A DNA stretch of 39,237 bases, taken from positions 1 to 39,237 of the forward strand of contig JBBIVQ010000026.1 of NCBI GenBank assembly GCA_037439645.1, given 5' to 3'. Shown one piece after another: positions 16,180-25,685 of the stretch (its first letter is position 1; every line of letters begins with the position of its first letter). The notes under the pieces were generated by a model. That model ran no database searches. It was not told where the DNA came from and saw nothing but the letters and a program-made list of their open reading frames with translations. Source of the DNA: Deltaproteobacteria bacterium. Lineage in GTDB: Bacteria > Desulfobacterota > Deferrimicrobia > Deferrimicrobiales > Deferrimicrobiaceae. Made by a program: the position numbers and the translations under genes.

Positions 16180-16209
16180 AATATAGTCCGGGCGGCTCCG
16201 TCGCGTCAA
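16180..16209 (-). promoter_or_regulatory. Probable sigma70-type promoter for tRNA-Asn (-35 TTGACG, 18-bp spacer, -10 TATATT)
   Basis: RC of 16180-16209 reads TTGACGcgacggagccgcccggacTATATT, ~22 nt upstream of the tRNA 5' end. Confidence 0.45.
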
Positions 16210-16338
16210 GCGATTTGAGCCGGCCGTGGGATGCGGAACTACGCACCTTGGTCCGGTTTGCTTCATCTAACGGGCTGGGAAGTCCACCATTGCGGGATCG
16301 CGGGGAACCAATCCCTGGAAGAAAGGAGGAACGAGGTG

Positions 16339-16776
16339 ATGAAAACCTGGGTTGCTGCCGCGCTGCTGTCGCTGTCGGCGCCCGCCATCGCCGCGGGGAG
16401 CGGGGAGATGGCGAACGTGCTGTCGAACGCCGATTGGTCGAAGATGGAAACCGTGACGGTGACGATGCGTGAATTCTCCTTCTCCCCGTCGCGCATCTCC
16501 CTGAAGGCCGGAGCACCTACGAAACTCGTTCTCCGGAACGAGGGGAAGGAAGCGCACTATTTCGTCGCGGAAACGTTTTTCAGGAGCGTCGCCACACGGA
16601 AGATCCAGGGGTCGGACGGCGAGGTGAAGGCGCCGTTCCTCACGGCGGCCGAAGTGTACGCGGGGAAGACCATCGAGTGGTTCCTCGTGCCGACGAAGAC
16701 CGGGACGTTCGACCTTCTGTGCACCGTCAAGGGGCACGCGGAACACGGAATGCGCGGGACGATCGAGGTCCGCTGA
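16339..16776 (+). CDS. Secreted cupredoxin (type-1 copper, plastocyanin/azurin-like) protein
   Basis: AGGAGG SD then ATG; signal peptide MKTWVAAALLSLSAPAIAAG; copper ligand pattern H...C..H....M (EAHYF...LLCTVKGHAEHGM). Confidence 0.7.
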   Translation: MKTWVAAALLSLSAPAIAAGSGEMANVLSNADWSKMETVTVTMREFSFSPSRISLKAGAPTKLVLRNEGKEAHYFVAETFFRSVATRKIQGSDGEVKAPFLTAAEVYAGKTIEWFLVPTKTGTFDLLCTVKGHAEHGMRGTIEVR

Positions 16777-16895
16777 CTCCAACCCCTGCGCGGAACCTTC
16801 GGCCCGGCCGAAACGCGGGGGGTGCCTGGACATCCAACGGGAGGAACATCTTGTCGGTCGGACGCGGAAGCGAACCACTTGACGTGGAGGTGCCC

Positions 16896-17315
16896 ATGAA
16901 GATCGAACGTCTGCTCTTCGCGCTCTGTTTCATGACCCTCGTCGCCTCGGTCGCCTCGGCCGACGGCCCCAACGTGCAGACCTTGATGAAAGATGGAGTG
17001 GGGAACTACCTTGCCGACGGGAAGGGGATGACCCTGTACTGGTTCACGAAGGATTCTCCCGGAAAATCGGCGTGCGCCGGCCCCTGCGTCGAGCGATGGC
17101 CCCTGTTTTCCGCGGACGCCACGACACCCGGAAGTGGGCTCATGGCGGCGGATTTCGGGTCGATCACACGGGAGGACGGAAAAGCGCAGACAACCTTCCG
17201 GGGATATCCCCTCTACTACTGGGTAAAGGACATGGCAAAGGGAGATACGGGAGGCCAGGGGGTCAACAACGTCTGGTACGTCGTCGACCCGGGTAACTTC
17301 CCCCCGAAGAAGTAA
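16896..17315 (+). CDS. COG4315 / Lipoprotein_15 family secreted protein (Yx(FWY)xxD repeat lipoprotein)
   Basis: Signal peptide MKIERLLFALCFMTLVASVASA; two repeats of G..LY.F.KD..G.S.C.G.C...WP type (GMTLYWFTKDSPGKSACAGPCVERWP; GYPLYYWVKD). Confidence 0.65.
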   Translation: MKIERLLFALCFMTLVASVASADGPNVQTLMKDGVGNYLADGKGMTLYWFTKDSPGKSACAGPCVERWPLFSADATTPGSGLMAADFGSITREDGKAQTTFRGYPLYYWVKDMAKGDTGGQGVNNVWYVVDPGNFPPKK

Positions 17316-17384
17316 CCGTCGGATCCGGGAACGGAGCGGGAGGCCGGGAGGTTTCCCGCTCCGGGTTCAAACGGCGCGGGGCCT

Positions 17385-17813
17385 TTATCGGCCCTTCGCC
17401 ATCTCCCCGCGAAGCACGGAGCAGGTCGAGACGGCCCGGGCGACGAGCTTCCCGTTCTCCGTGGTGACGTCGCACTCCACCAGCCCCACCGAGCGCCCGC
17501 GGTGGACGACCTTCGCATCTGCGTACAGCTTCTCCTCGAAGACGGGGCGGAGGTAGTTGACCTTGATCTCGAGGGTGGTGAACGTCTCCCCCTCCCCGAG
17601 GGTGGAGGCGAACGCCATCCCCATCGCCGAATCGGCCAGGATGCACAGGATCCCGCCGTGGACCGTCCCCATCGGGTTGTGGTGCCTCCGCCCCGCCTCC
17701 ATCTCGAAGCGGGACGTCCCGTCCGCGAAGGACAGCATCCGGAATCCCACCAGATCCGCCGCCGGGGGGTGGATCTCCCCGCTCTTCAACCGATCGGAAA
17801 ACGAATCGCTCAT
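17385..17813 (-). CDS. PaaI-family hotdog-fold thioesterase
   Basis: [20 protein letters not shown]... signature of PaaI/YbgC-like thioesterases; 142 aa. Confidence 0.7.
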   Translation of the reverse strand: MSDSFSDRLKSGEIHPPAADLVGFRMLSFADGTSRFEMEAGRRHHNPMGTVHGGILCILADSAMGMAFASTLGEGETFTTLEIKVNYLRPVFEEKLYADAKVVHRGRSVGLVECDVTTENGKLVARAVSTCSVLRGEMAKGR

Positions 17814-17883
17814 GGTTCCTCCTCCTGGACACCCGAAATGGCGGTTGCACGCGGCACCGGAAACGGTTGGTGCGGGACGCGGA

Positions 17884-18951
17884 TCAGATCCACCGCTTCC
17901 GCCGGAAGAAGTACAGCATCCCGCCGGCGATCGCCGCCATCAGGAGAAGAAGGACGGGGTATCCGTACGTCCAGGTCAGCTCCGGCATGTTGTACGGCGA
18001 CGCCTTCGTATCGAAGTTCATCCCGTAGAGTCCCGCAATGAAGGTCAGGGGGATGAAGATGGTCGCCATGACGGTGAGCACCTTCATGATCTCGTTCATC
18101 CGGTTCGACACGGCCGACATGTATTCGTCCACGAGCCCGGATGCCATCTCCCGGAACGTCTCCACCATGTCCATCAGCTGGATCGTGTGGTCGTAGCAGT
18201 CCCGGAAGAACACCTTGGTCCCCGACCGGATCAGGGAGTGCTCCTCGATCAGCAGCAGGTTCAGCGCGTCGCGGGCGGGCCAGACGGCGTGGCGCACCGC
18301 CATCAGCTCCCGTTTCAGGCGGCGGATGGCGAGGAACGTCTCCGGCACGGGGGAAACGAGCACCCGCTCCTCCATCTCCTCCACCTCGTCGCCCAGCCGC
18401 TCCAGCGTCGGGAAGAAGGCGTCCAGCACCGAATCGCACAGTGCGTGCAGGAGGAAATCGGCCCCCTCGGCTCGGATTCGGCCTTTCCCCTGCCGCAGGC
18501 GATCCCGGACCGGGTCGAACGCGTCACCCCGGCGCTCCTGGAAGGAGACGACCACCCGGTCCGCGAGCAGGAACGCCACCTGCTCAGGGGGATCCGGGTA
18601 CCGGATCTCCCGCAGCACGACCAGGAGGTGGTCGCCGTACCACTCCACTTTGGGCCGCTGCGGCACGTTCAGGACGTCCTCGAGCGCGAGGGAGTGGATC
18701 CGGAAGCGGTCGCCGATCGCCTGGACGACGGACGGTTCGGACAGGCCGCAGACGTCGAGCCAGAGGACCCCGCCCTCCGGAGGGGCCAGGGAGGGGAGGT
18801 CGGAGAGGGCGATCGTCCGCTCCTCGCACCGGCCCGTGTCGTACAGGAACGCCGCGATCCGGACCGGAAGGTCCCCCGCCTCGGCGTGCGCGGCGAGGGT
18901 TCCCGGTTGCGTCCCCGGAGGGTGGTACCGCTTCCTGCGTTTTCTCACCAT
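17884..18951 (-). CDS. corA: CorA magnesium/cobalt transporter
   Basis: C-terminal YGMNF (GMN motif) and two TM helices; N-terminus [14 protein letters not shown] parallels T. maritima CorA (...KKGLPPGTLVY...). The track's longer ORF (to 20325) is an upstream read-through. Confidence 0.85.
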   Translation of the reverse strand: MVRKRRKRYHPPGTQPGTLAAHAEAGDLPVRIAAFLYDTGRCEERTIALSDLPSLAPPEGGVLWLDVCGLSEPSVVQAIGDRFRIHSLALEDVLNVPQRPKVEWYGDHLLVVLREIRYPDPPEQVAFLLADRVVVSFQERRGDAFDPVRDRLRQGKGRIRAEGADFLLHALCDSVLDAFFPTLERLGDEVEEMEERVLVSPVPETFLAIRRLKRELMAVRHAVWPARDALNLLLIEEHSLIRSGTKVFFRDCYDHTIQLMDMVETFREMASGLVDEYMSAVSNRMNEIMKVLTVMATIFIPLTFIAGLYGMNFDTKASPYNMPELTWTYGYPVLLLLMAAIAGGMLYFFRRKRWI

Positions 18952-19014
18952 CGGTCGCCTCCCGGTGCCCGGCGGGTTATAATTCAAGGTTACGACTTCC
19001 GGAAAGGATACACC

Positions 19015-20121
19015 TTGGCCAAGGAAGAGTTCATCCCGAAGTGGATCGCCTGGGAAGTGACCGGACGGTGCAACCTGAACTGCATCCATTGCCGCGCCTC
19101 CTCCTCGATGATCTCGCACGACACGGATTTCTCTCTCCCCGAGGCGAAGCGGCTGATCGACGACATCGCGGAGGTATCCAAACCGGTGCTCGTCCTCTCC
19201 GGCGGGGAGCCGCTCCTGCGGAAGGACCTCTTCGAGATCGCCAAATACGGGACGGAGAAGGGGTTCCGGATGTGCATCGCGACGAACGGCGTGCTCGTCA
19301 CGGACGAGGTCGTCGGAAAGATGAAGGCGTCGGGGATCCGGATCTGCTCCCTGTCGCTGGACGGCTCCACCGCGGCGGTCCACGACGACTTCCGCAAGCA
19401 GCCGGGAGCGTTCGAGGCGACGCTGCGGGCGGCGGAGATCTTCAATCGTCACGGGATGCAGTTCATCGTCAACTCCTCCTTCACGAAGCGGAACCAGCAC
19501 GACATCGCGGCCACCTGCAAGCTGGCGAAGTCGATCGGCGCCCACGCGTGGTACATGTTCATGATCGTCCCCACGGGCCGGGGGGAGGCGATCATGAGCG
19601 AGCTGATCAGCAAGGAGGATTACGAGGAGATCCTCGAGTGGCACTATCGGATGGAGAAGGAAGAGACCGAGATGCTCGTCCGCCCCACCTGCGCGCCGCA
19701 CTACTACCGGGTGCGCCTCCAGAAGATGAAGGAGGAGGGGGAGAAATTCCAGCCCCGGTCCCTGACGTTCTCCACCGGCGGCGGCAAGGGGTGCATCTGC
19801 GCCCAGTCGATCTGCTTCATCGACTCGAAGGGGAACGTCCAGCCGTGCTCGTACTTCCCCGTGGTGGCGGGGAACGTGAAGAAACAGAAGTTCGGCGAGA
19901 TCTGGCGCAAATCGGAGCTGTTCGAGTCGCTGCGCGCCTTCGAGAAGTACAAGGGGCGGTGCGGCGAGTGCGAATACATCAACGTCTGCGGCGGCTGCCG
20001 GGCGCGTGCCGACGCGGTCCTCGAGGATTATCTCGAGGAGGAGCCGTTCTGCAACTACGTCCCGATCAAGACCCGAAAGCGCCTGGCCGACGCGGTCCAG
20101 GCGGGAAAAACGGTGAAATAG
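19015..20121 (+). CDS. Radical SAM/SPASM protein, AhbD/NirJ-like (putative anaerobic heme synthase / coproheme decarboxylase)
   Basis: CNLNCIHC radical-SAM cluster motif near the N-terminus. C-terminal SPASM Cys motifs (CAPHYY..., [28 protein letters not shown]). TTG start 19015 with AAGGA SD. Context: immediately upstream of hemE-hemH-hemY. Confidence 0.6.
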   Translation: MAKEEFIPKWIAWEVTGRCNLNCIHCRASSSMISHDTDFSLPEAKRLIDDIAEVSKPVLVLSGGEPLLRKDLFEIAKYGTEKGFRMCIATNGVLVTDEVVGKMKASGIRICSLSLDGSTAAVHDDFRKQPGAFEATLRAAEIFNRHGMQFIVNSSFTKRNQHDIAATCKLAKSIGAHAWYMFMIVPTGRGEAIMSELISKEDYEEILEWHYRMEKEETEMLVRPTCAPHYYRVRLQKMKEEGEKFQPRSLTFSTGGGKGCICAQSICFIDSKGNVQPCSYFPVVAGNVKKQKFGEIWRKSELFESLRAFEKYKGRCGECEYINVCGGCRARADAVLEDYLEEEPFCNYVPIKTRKRLADAVQAGKTVK

Positions 20122-20134
20122 GCAATCTTGCCGG

Positions 20135-21184
20135 ATGAATCTGATAGTAAGAAAACGTGATTCCAAAGGAGGCCCCTTGCTCGGAAGGGCCACAAAAATT
20201 ATCCCGGAACCTAACCAGGAGCGCATAGCCCTAAAGGAATTTATTCCTTCCTCTCTCCGATCCCTCGGTAACCCCCAGACGGATATTCCTCGAATCGCCC
20301 GTGACGCAAAACTCTCGTCTCTCATCGAATCCGCGGTCCTTCGGATTCCGACCTCGCATATGCTTTACAACAGTGATGCCCGCCGGATGGGCTTTCTCGA
20401 ACCGGAGGGCGTCCATCTGATCATTACTTCGCCCCCCTACTGGACCCTCAAGGAATACAACCTTGAAGCGGGGCAAATGGGGTACATCGCGGATTATAAG
20501 GAGTTCCTCCACGAACTGGACCGGGTATGGGACGCCTGCTTCCGCGCCCTCGTCCCGGGCGGTCGCCTTGTCTGCGTCGTCGGGGATGTGTGTCTTTCCC
20601 GGCGAAAGAACGCCGGCGAGCATACGGTCGTCCCCCTTCACGCCTCTATCCAGGAACATTGCCGGGAGATCGGCTTTTCAAACCTGGCCCCCATCATCTG
20701 GTACAAGATCGCCAATGCGGTGTACGAGGCCGAAGGGAATGGAGGTGGATTCCTCGGGAAACCTTACGAGCCGAATGCGGTTGTAAAAAACGACATCGAG
20801 TTCATCCTGATGGAGCGTAAACCCGGAGGGTACCGGAAACCGGATCTCGCCACGCGAATTCTTTCGGTCATCCCGGCGGAGAGACACAAGGAGTGGTTTC
20901 AGCAGATCTGGACGGGTCTCACCGGGGCCTCCACGCGCCAGCATCCAGCCCCCTTCCCGCTCGAACTGGCCGAGCGCCTCATCCGGATGTTCTCCTTCGT
21001 GGGAGATACCGTGCTCGACCCTTTCATGGGCACCGGAACGACGAGCATCGCCGCGGCGAAGTGGGGTCGAAACAGCGCTGGAGTCGAGATCGACCCGGAA
21101 TATTTCGACATGGCCTGTCATCGGTTCTCGCGCGAGACCCACGGCCTTTTTGGAAAAACCACACTCCGGATAATGAAGGGATAA
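20135..21184 (+). CDS. Type II DNA methyltransferase, beta-class (N6-adenine or N4-cytosine)
   Basis: Motif IV TSPPYW precedes motif I DPFMGTGTTSIAAAKWGR; HPAPFPLELAERLI block. Start uncertain: ATG 20135 has no SD; alternative in-frame TTG 20177 has an AAAGGAGG SD. Local GC visibly lower than flanking genes. Confidence 0.75.
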   Translation: MNLIVRKRDSKGGPLLGRATKIIPEPNQERIALKEFIPSSLRSLGNPQTDIPRIARDAKLSSLIESAVLRIPTSHMLYNSDARRMGFLEPEGVHLIITSPPYWTLKEYNLEAGQMGYIADYKEFLHELDRVWDACFRALVPGGRLVCVVGDVCLSRRKNAGEHTVVPLHASIQEHCREIGFSNLAPIIWYKIANAVYEAEGNGGGFLGKPYEPNAVVKNDIEFILMERKPGGYRKPDLATRILSVIPAERHKEWFQQIWTGLTGASTRQHPAPFPLELAERLIRMFSFVGDTVLDPFMGTGTTSIAAAKWGRNSAGVEIDPEYFDMACHRFSRETHGLFGKTTLRIMKG

Positions 21185-21189
21185 CGGGC

Positions 21190-21927
21190 ATGGACCCGGA
21201 AATCCTGGATCGCAAGATCCGCGACGCTGTCCGAAAATATTGGCACACGCGCCAGAGCCAGCACGAGCGGCAAGGGGCGGCCGACGGGTCCAAGGATACA
21301 GGGAATCGAGCCGCCGTGACGGGTGGTGCCCACATCGACGGGTTCATCGATTTGATGAAAGAGCTGCTTTACGAATCCGGACTCAAAGATGCGGAGGTCG
21401 TCGTTGCCCGGAAAAGCGCTATCCTCCCGGGTTTCTTCCGGCCGACCAAGCAGTGGGACCTTCTCGTTATTTCCGGAAAGAATCTCATCGGTATTATCGA
21501 GTTCAAGTCCCAGGTGGGGCCGTCCTTCGGGAACAACTTCAATAACCGCGTAGAGGAGGCGCTGGGAAACGCCACGGATCTTTGGAAAGCATTCCGTGAG
21601 GGCGTGTTCCGGCCATCGGAGCGTCCCTGGCTCGGTTACTTCATGCTTCTGGAAGACTGTCCGGGATCTAAATCCTCCGTAAGAGTGGATGAACCCCACT
21701 TCAAGGTTCTTGAAATATTCCGGAAAACTTCATACACGGACAGGTACCGGATATTCTGTGAACGTCTTGTCCTGGAGCGGCTCTACGATGCCGCCTGCTT
21801 CATGACGTCCAACCAGGAAGGCGCAGCCCTCGGGGACTACTCCGAACCTTCAGCGGACTTGAGTTTCCGGAACTTCGCGACATCGCTGATGGGCAGAGCG
21901 TCCGCCTTTGCAAAGATGCGCGGATAG
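21190..21927 (+). CDS. Putative Type II restriction endonuclease (PD-(D/E)XK)
   Basis: 246-aa ORF 5 bp downstream of the MTase. Candidate catalytic motif D-x14-E-F-K (WDLLVISGKNLIGIIEFKSQ), followed by SFGNNFNNRVEEALGNATD. Family (possibly XhoI/PaeR7I-like) could not be verified by eye. Confidence 0.5.
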   Translation: MDPEILDRKIRDAVRKYWHTRQSQHERQGAADGSKDTGNRAAVTGGAHIDGFIDLMKELLYESGLKDAEVVVARKSAILPGFFRPTKQWDLLVISGKNLIGIIEFKSQVGPSFGNNFNNRVEEALGNATDLWKAFREGVFRPSERPWLGYFMLLEDCPGSKSSVRVDEPHFKVLEIFRKTSYTDRYRIFCERLVLERLYDAACFMTSNQEGAALGDYSEPSADLSFRNFATSLMGRASAFAKMRG

Positions 21928-22080
21928 ATTCTTCATGGACTCATGAACCGGGCACTGGTAGTAACGTCGATATCGCATTGATTTCCGGCTCACCCTTGTT
22001 AGAGTAGGCAATTGCTCCGCATCCCCTGGAGACGGGAAGGCGAATGTGATGCCGCCCCCGTCCCCGTTCCGAGGAAGACG

Positions 22081-23115
22081 ATGACCGATTACCGATTCCT
22101 GAAGGCGTGCCGGCGCGAACCGGTCGACGTCACCCCCGTGTGGATCATGCGCCAGGCGGGCCGTTACCTCCCCGAGTATCAGAAGATCCGCGGGAACAAT
22201 TCGTTCCTGACGATGTGCAAGACCCCGGAGCTGGCCGCGCAGGTCACGCTGATGCCGGTCGAGCGGCTGGGCGTGGACGCGGCGATCCTCTTCTCCGACA
22301 TCCTCATCCCCGTCGAGGCGATGGGGGTGCCGCTCGAGTTCCACGACGGGAAGGGACCGCTGCTGGGGAAGGCGATCCGGGGGCAGAAGGACGTGGACTC
22401 CCTCGCCGTACCGGACCCCGAGGAGAAGGTACCCTTCGTGATGGAGGCGATCCGGATCCTGAGCAAGGCGCTCGACGGGAAAGCGCCGCTGATCGGGTTC
22501 TCGGGCGCCCCGTTCACGCTCGCCTCCTACATCGTCGAGGGGGGCACATCGAAGAACTTCATCGAGCTGAAGCGGCTGATGTACCAGGCGCCGGAGGTGT
22601 ACCGGTCCCTGATGAACAAGATCGCGAAGACGGTGATCCTGTACCTCAACGCCCAGATCGCGGCGGGCGCGCAGGCGGTGCAGATCTTCGACACCTGGGC
22701 GGGAGTGCTCACCCCGGGGGACTACGAGGAGTACGCCCTTCCGTTCACCCGCCAGGTCGTCGCGGGGCTCAACCGGAAAGGGATCCCCGTGATCCACTTC
22801 GCGAACGACTGCGCCACGCTGCTCACGGCCATCAAGACGCTGCCGATCGACGTGGTGGGCGTGGACTGGCGGATCCCGCTCGACGTGGCGGCGATGGTCG
22901 TCGGCCCGGGAAAAGCCCTGCAGGGGAACATGGACCCGACGATGCTCTTCCACTCTCCGGAGAAGATCGACGACTGCGTGCGGGACGTCCTGCGGCGCGG
23001 CGAGAAGGCGTCCTCGCACATCTTCAACCTCGGGCACGGAATCCTGCCTCCCACCAACCCGGAGCACGCGATCGCGATGGTGGAGGCGGTCCACCGCCTC
23101 GGCCGGAAGGTGTGA
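22081..23115 (+). CDS. hemE: Uroporphyrinogen decarboxylase
   Basis: MTDYRFLKACRREPVDVTPVWIMRQAGRYLPEY... canonical HemE N-terminus; 344 aa. Confidence 0.9.
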   Translation: MTDYRFLKACRREPVDVTPVWIMRQAGRYLPEYQKIRGNNSFLTMCKTPELAAQVTLMPVERLGVDAAILFSDILIPVEAMGVPLEFHDGKGPLLGKAIRGQKDVDSLAVPDPEEKVPFVMEAIRILSKALDGKAPLIGFSGAPFTLASYIVEGGTSKNFIELKRLMYQAPEVYRSLMNKIAKTVILYLNAQIAAGAQAVQIFDTWAGVLTPGDYEEYALPFTRQVVAGLNRKGIPVIHFANDCATLLTAIKTLPIDVVGVDWRIPLDVAAMVVGPGKALQGNMDPTMLFHSPEKIDDCVRDVLRRGEKASSHIFNLGHGILPPTNPEHAIAMVEAVHRLGRKV

Positions 23116-24122
23116 GCGGCTCTTCCGGAAACACCCTGCGCGTGGCCGGCGAAGGACCCCTGACGGGGGTCGTTCTCCTCAACATGGGGGGACCCGACTC
23201 CTTGAACGCGGTCCGTCCGTTCCTCGCGCGTCTGTTCTCCGACAAGGAACTGATCCGACTGCCCGCGGCGGCGGTCACGCAGCCGATCTTCGCCTGGATC
23301 GTATCGGGAGTGCGCGCCGGGAAGGTACGCCGGTATTACGAGGAGATCGGAGGCGGGTCCCCGATCGCCGCGATCACGGAGCGCCAGCGGTTCGCGCTCG
23401 AGGAGGCGCTGCGCGCGACGGGGGGCCGCTTCAAGGTGTACACGGGGATGAGGTACTGGTATCCTCTCTCGAAACACGCGGTCCTCGAGATGAAGCGGGA
23501 CGGCGTCGCGCGGTCGATCGCCCTGCCGCTCTATCCGCACTTCTGTTCGGCCACCACGGGATCGAGCTTTTCCGACCTGCGCCGCTGGATGAAGTGGGCC
23601 GGGTGCTCCTTCCCGTCGGCGGAGATCCGTTCGTACCCGGAACACCCGGAGTACGTGGCCGCGCTCGCGGAGACGATCTCCGGCACGATCCGGGAGGCGG
23701 ACCGCGACGGGATGTTTCTTCTCTTCAGCGCCCACGGCGTTCCGCAATCGCTGATCGACGGGGGGGACCCGTACCGGGAAGAGACGTCACGCACCGTCGC
23801 GGCGGTGATGCGCTCCTTCCCCGGCCTGCCGCACGGGATCTCGTACCAGAGCAAGGTCGGGCCGACCGCCTGGCTCCCCCCGAACACGGTCGACGAGGTG
23901 ACGCGCCTCGCGCGCGAGGGGGTGAAGACGCTGGTCGTCGTCCCGGTGAGCTTCGTATCGGAGCACATCGAAACGCTCCACGAGCTGGACATCCGCCTGG
24001 CCGCGCATGCACGGCAGGCGGGTATACAATCGTTCCTTCGGGCGCCCGCGCTGAACGACGCGCCCGGATTCATCGACGCGCTGAAGGATCTCGTGCTGGG
24101 AGTTGGCGGAAGACACTCTTGA
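23112..24122 (+). CDS. hemH: Ferrochelatase (proto- or coproporphyrin ferrochelatase HemH/CpfC)
   Basis: GVVLLNMGGPDSL...RYW.PL...LPLYPHFC...SAHGVP...SFVSEHIETL ferrochelatase blocks; GTG start overlapping the hemE stop (start position approximate). Confidence 0.85.
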   Translation: MSGSSGNTLRVAGEGPLTGVVLLNMGGPDSLNAVRPFLARLFSDKELIRLPAAAVTQPIFAWIVSGVRAGKVRRYYEEIGGGSPIAAITERQRFALEEALRATGGRFKVYTGMRYWYPLSKHAVLEMKRDGVARSIALPLYPHFCSATTGSSFSDLRRWMKWAGCSFPSAEIRSYPEHPEYVAALAETISGTIREADRDGMFLLFSAHGVPQSLIDGGDPYREETSRTVAAVMRSFPGLPHGISYQSKVGPTAWLPPNTVDEVTRLAREGVKTLVVVPVSFVSEHIETLHELDIRLAAHARQAGIQSFLRAPALNDAPGFIDALKDLVLGVGGRHS

Positions 24123-24208
24123 TGCCGGCGGAGGACACTCTTTCCCGGATCCCCCCACAATTCAAGAGTGTCCCCCTCGACCGGAATGTCCCCCTGAAAG
24201 GGAGGCAC

Positions 24209-24235
24209 ATGAGTAAAGCACCATGCCTCGGATAG
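24209..24235 (+). other. 8-codon upstream ORF (MSKAPCLG) overlapping the hemY start codon; possible translational-coupling leader
   Basis: AAAGGGAGG SD at 24197-24205 followed by ATG 24209, stop TAG 24233-24235. The hemY ATG (24223) lies inside it in another frame and has no SD of its own. Confidence 0.2.
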
Positions 24236-25620
24236 CGATCGTGGGTGCCGGCCTGTCGGGGCTGGCGACGGCGCACTACCTCGTGAAGTCCCTCTCCGAC
24301 GCCGGCAAGGAAGCCGAAATCCTGCTGCTCGAGGCGGACGCGGCGCCGGGCGGAAAGATGCGCACGATCCGCCGGGACGGGTTCGCCATGGAGTGGGGCC
24401 CGAACGGATTCCTCACGAACAAGCCGCAAGGGATGGAACTGGTGAAGGACCTGGGGATCGAGGACCGCCTCGCCCGCTCCTCCGACCTCGCCCGCAAACG
24501 CTTCATCCTCTCCGGGGGAACGCTTCACCGCCTTCCCGAGACGCCGCCCGCGTTCTTCAGATCGCAGCTGCTCTCGCTCCCCGGGCGTCTGCGGATCCTG
24601 TGGGAACCGTTCGCTTCCGGCCCACCCGCGGGGGTCGACGAGTCGCTGGGGGAATTCGCGCGGCGGCGGCTGGGGGCCGAGGCGCTGGAGAAGCTCATCG
24701 ACCCGATGGTCACCGGCATCTTCGCGGGCGACCCGGACACGATGTCGCTGCGCTCCTGCTTCCCCGTGATCCACGACCTGGAGCGGAAGTACGGCGGGCT
24801 GGTCCGCGGGATGCTCGGCGTGCGGAAGGAGCGGGCGACGCAGGGCGTGAAAGGGGAGATGTCCGCGGGGCCGGGCGGCGTCCTGATGTCGTTCGACCAC
24901 GGGGTGCAGACGTTGACGGACGCCCTCGCGGGACGCCTCTCGGAGGGGCTGCACCTGGGCGTCGCCGTGGACCGGATCGAGCGGCGCGCAGAGGCGTACG
25001 TCCTTTCGATGTCCGCCGGGGGCGACCGGGAAGAGATGGCCGCGGACGTGGTGGTGATCGCGACGCCGGCGTACGCGGCCGCCGGGATCGTCGCCCCGCT
25101 GGACGCGGAGCTGTCGGACCTGCTCGCCGGGATCCCCTACTCGCCGATCACCGTCGCGGCGCTTGGGTACGGGAAGGCGACGATGGGCAATCCCCTCGAC
25201 GGTTTCGGGTTCCTCATCCCGCGCGGGGAAAAGCGGAAGATCCTGGGCGCGCTGTGGGACTCGAGCGTCTTCCCGAACCGGGCGCCGGAGGGGAAGGCGC
25301 TGTTGCGCGTGATGGTGGGCGGCGTCCGCGCGCCCGCGCTCGCGGCGCTGCCCGAGGCGGAACTGCTGGAACTCGCCCGGCGGGAGCTGCGGGAGATCCT
25401 CGGGATCTCGGACGAACCGGTCCTCGCGGCGACGTTCTTCCACGAACGGGGAATCCCGCAATATCTCGTCGGGCATGGGAAGCGGCTGGAACATATCGAT
25501 GGGCGGCTGGCGGGGATCCCCGGCCTGCTCCTCAACAGCAACGCCTACCGGGGAATCGCCCTGAACGACTGCGTCCGGGAGTCGCGCGCCACCGCCGAAC
25601 GGATCGCCAGGACGATATAG
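24223..25620 (+). CDS. hemY: FAD-dependent protoporphyrinogen/coproporphyrinogen III oxidase (HemY/CgoX type)
   Basis: MPRIAIVGAGLSGLATAHYL dinucleotide-binding N-terminus, GGKMRT..., 465 aa typical of HemY. Confidence 0.85.
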   Translation: MPRIAIVGAGLSGLATAHYLVKSLSDAGKEAEILLLEADAAPGGKMRTIRRDGFAMEWGPNGFLTNKPQGMELVKDLGIEDRLARSSDLARKRFILSGGTLHRLPETPPAFFRSQLLSLPGRLRILWEPFASGPPAGVDESLGEFARRRLGAEALEKLIDPMVTGIFAGDPDTMSLRSCFPVIHDLERKYGGLVRGMLGVRKERATQGVKGEMSAGPGGVLMSFDHGVQTLTDALAGRLSEGLHLGVAVDRIERRAEAYVLSMSAGGDREEMAADVVVIATPAYAAAGIVAPLDAELSDLLAGIPYSPITVAALGYGKATMGNPLDGFGFLIPRGEKRKILGALWDSSVFPNRAPEGKALLRVMVGGVRAPALAALPEAELLELARRELREILGISDEPVLAATFFHERGIPQYLVGHGKRLEHIDGRLAGIPGLLLNSNAYRGIALNDCVRESRATAERIARTI

Positions 25621-25685
25621 CCCTCCGGGCGAAGCCCTCCGAAGCCCGGGGGAGAACTCTTCCGTGGCCCGAGGGCGAAGGAGGG

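Noticed and set aside
16776-16840. Possible intrinsic terminator after the cupredoxin gene (TTCGGCCcGGCCGAA palindrome within a GC hairpin)
   Set aside because: No downstream U-tract and a very small loop. Could not be supported as a rho-independent terminator.
17884-20325. 813-aa ORF suggesting a giant CorA fusion
   Set aside because: Only the C-terminal 355 aa are CorA. The start [14 protein letters not shown] at 18951 matches known CorA N-termini. Upstream sequence is read-through across the divergent promoter and the antisense of the radical SAM gene.
20135-20340. Possibility that the N-terminal ~60 codons of the MTase ORF are a separate small controller (C) protein gene
   Set aside because: In frame with the MTase with no intervening stop and no HTH-like pattern. 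Kept as an N-terminal extension with uncertain start.
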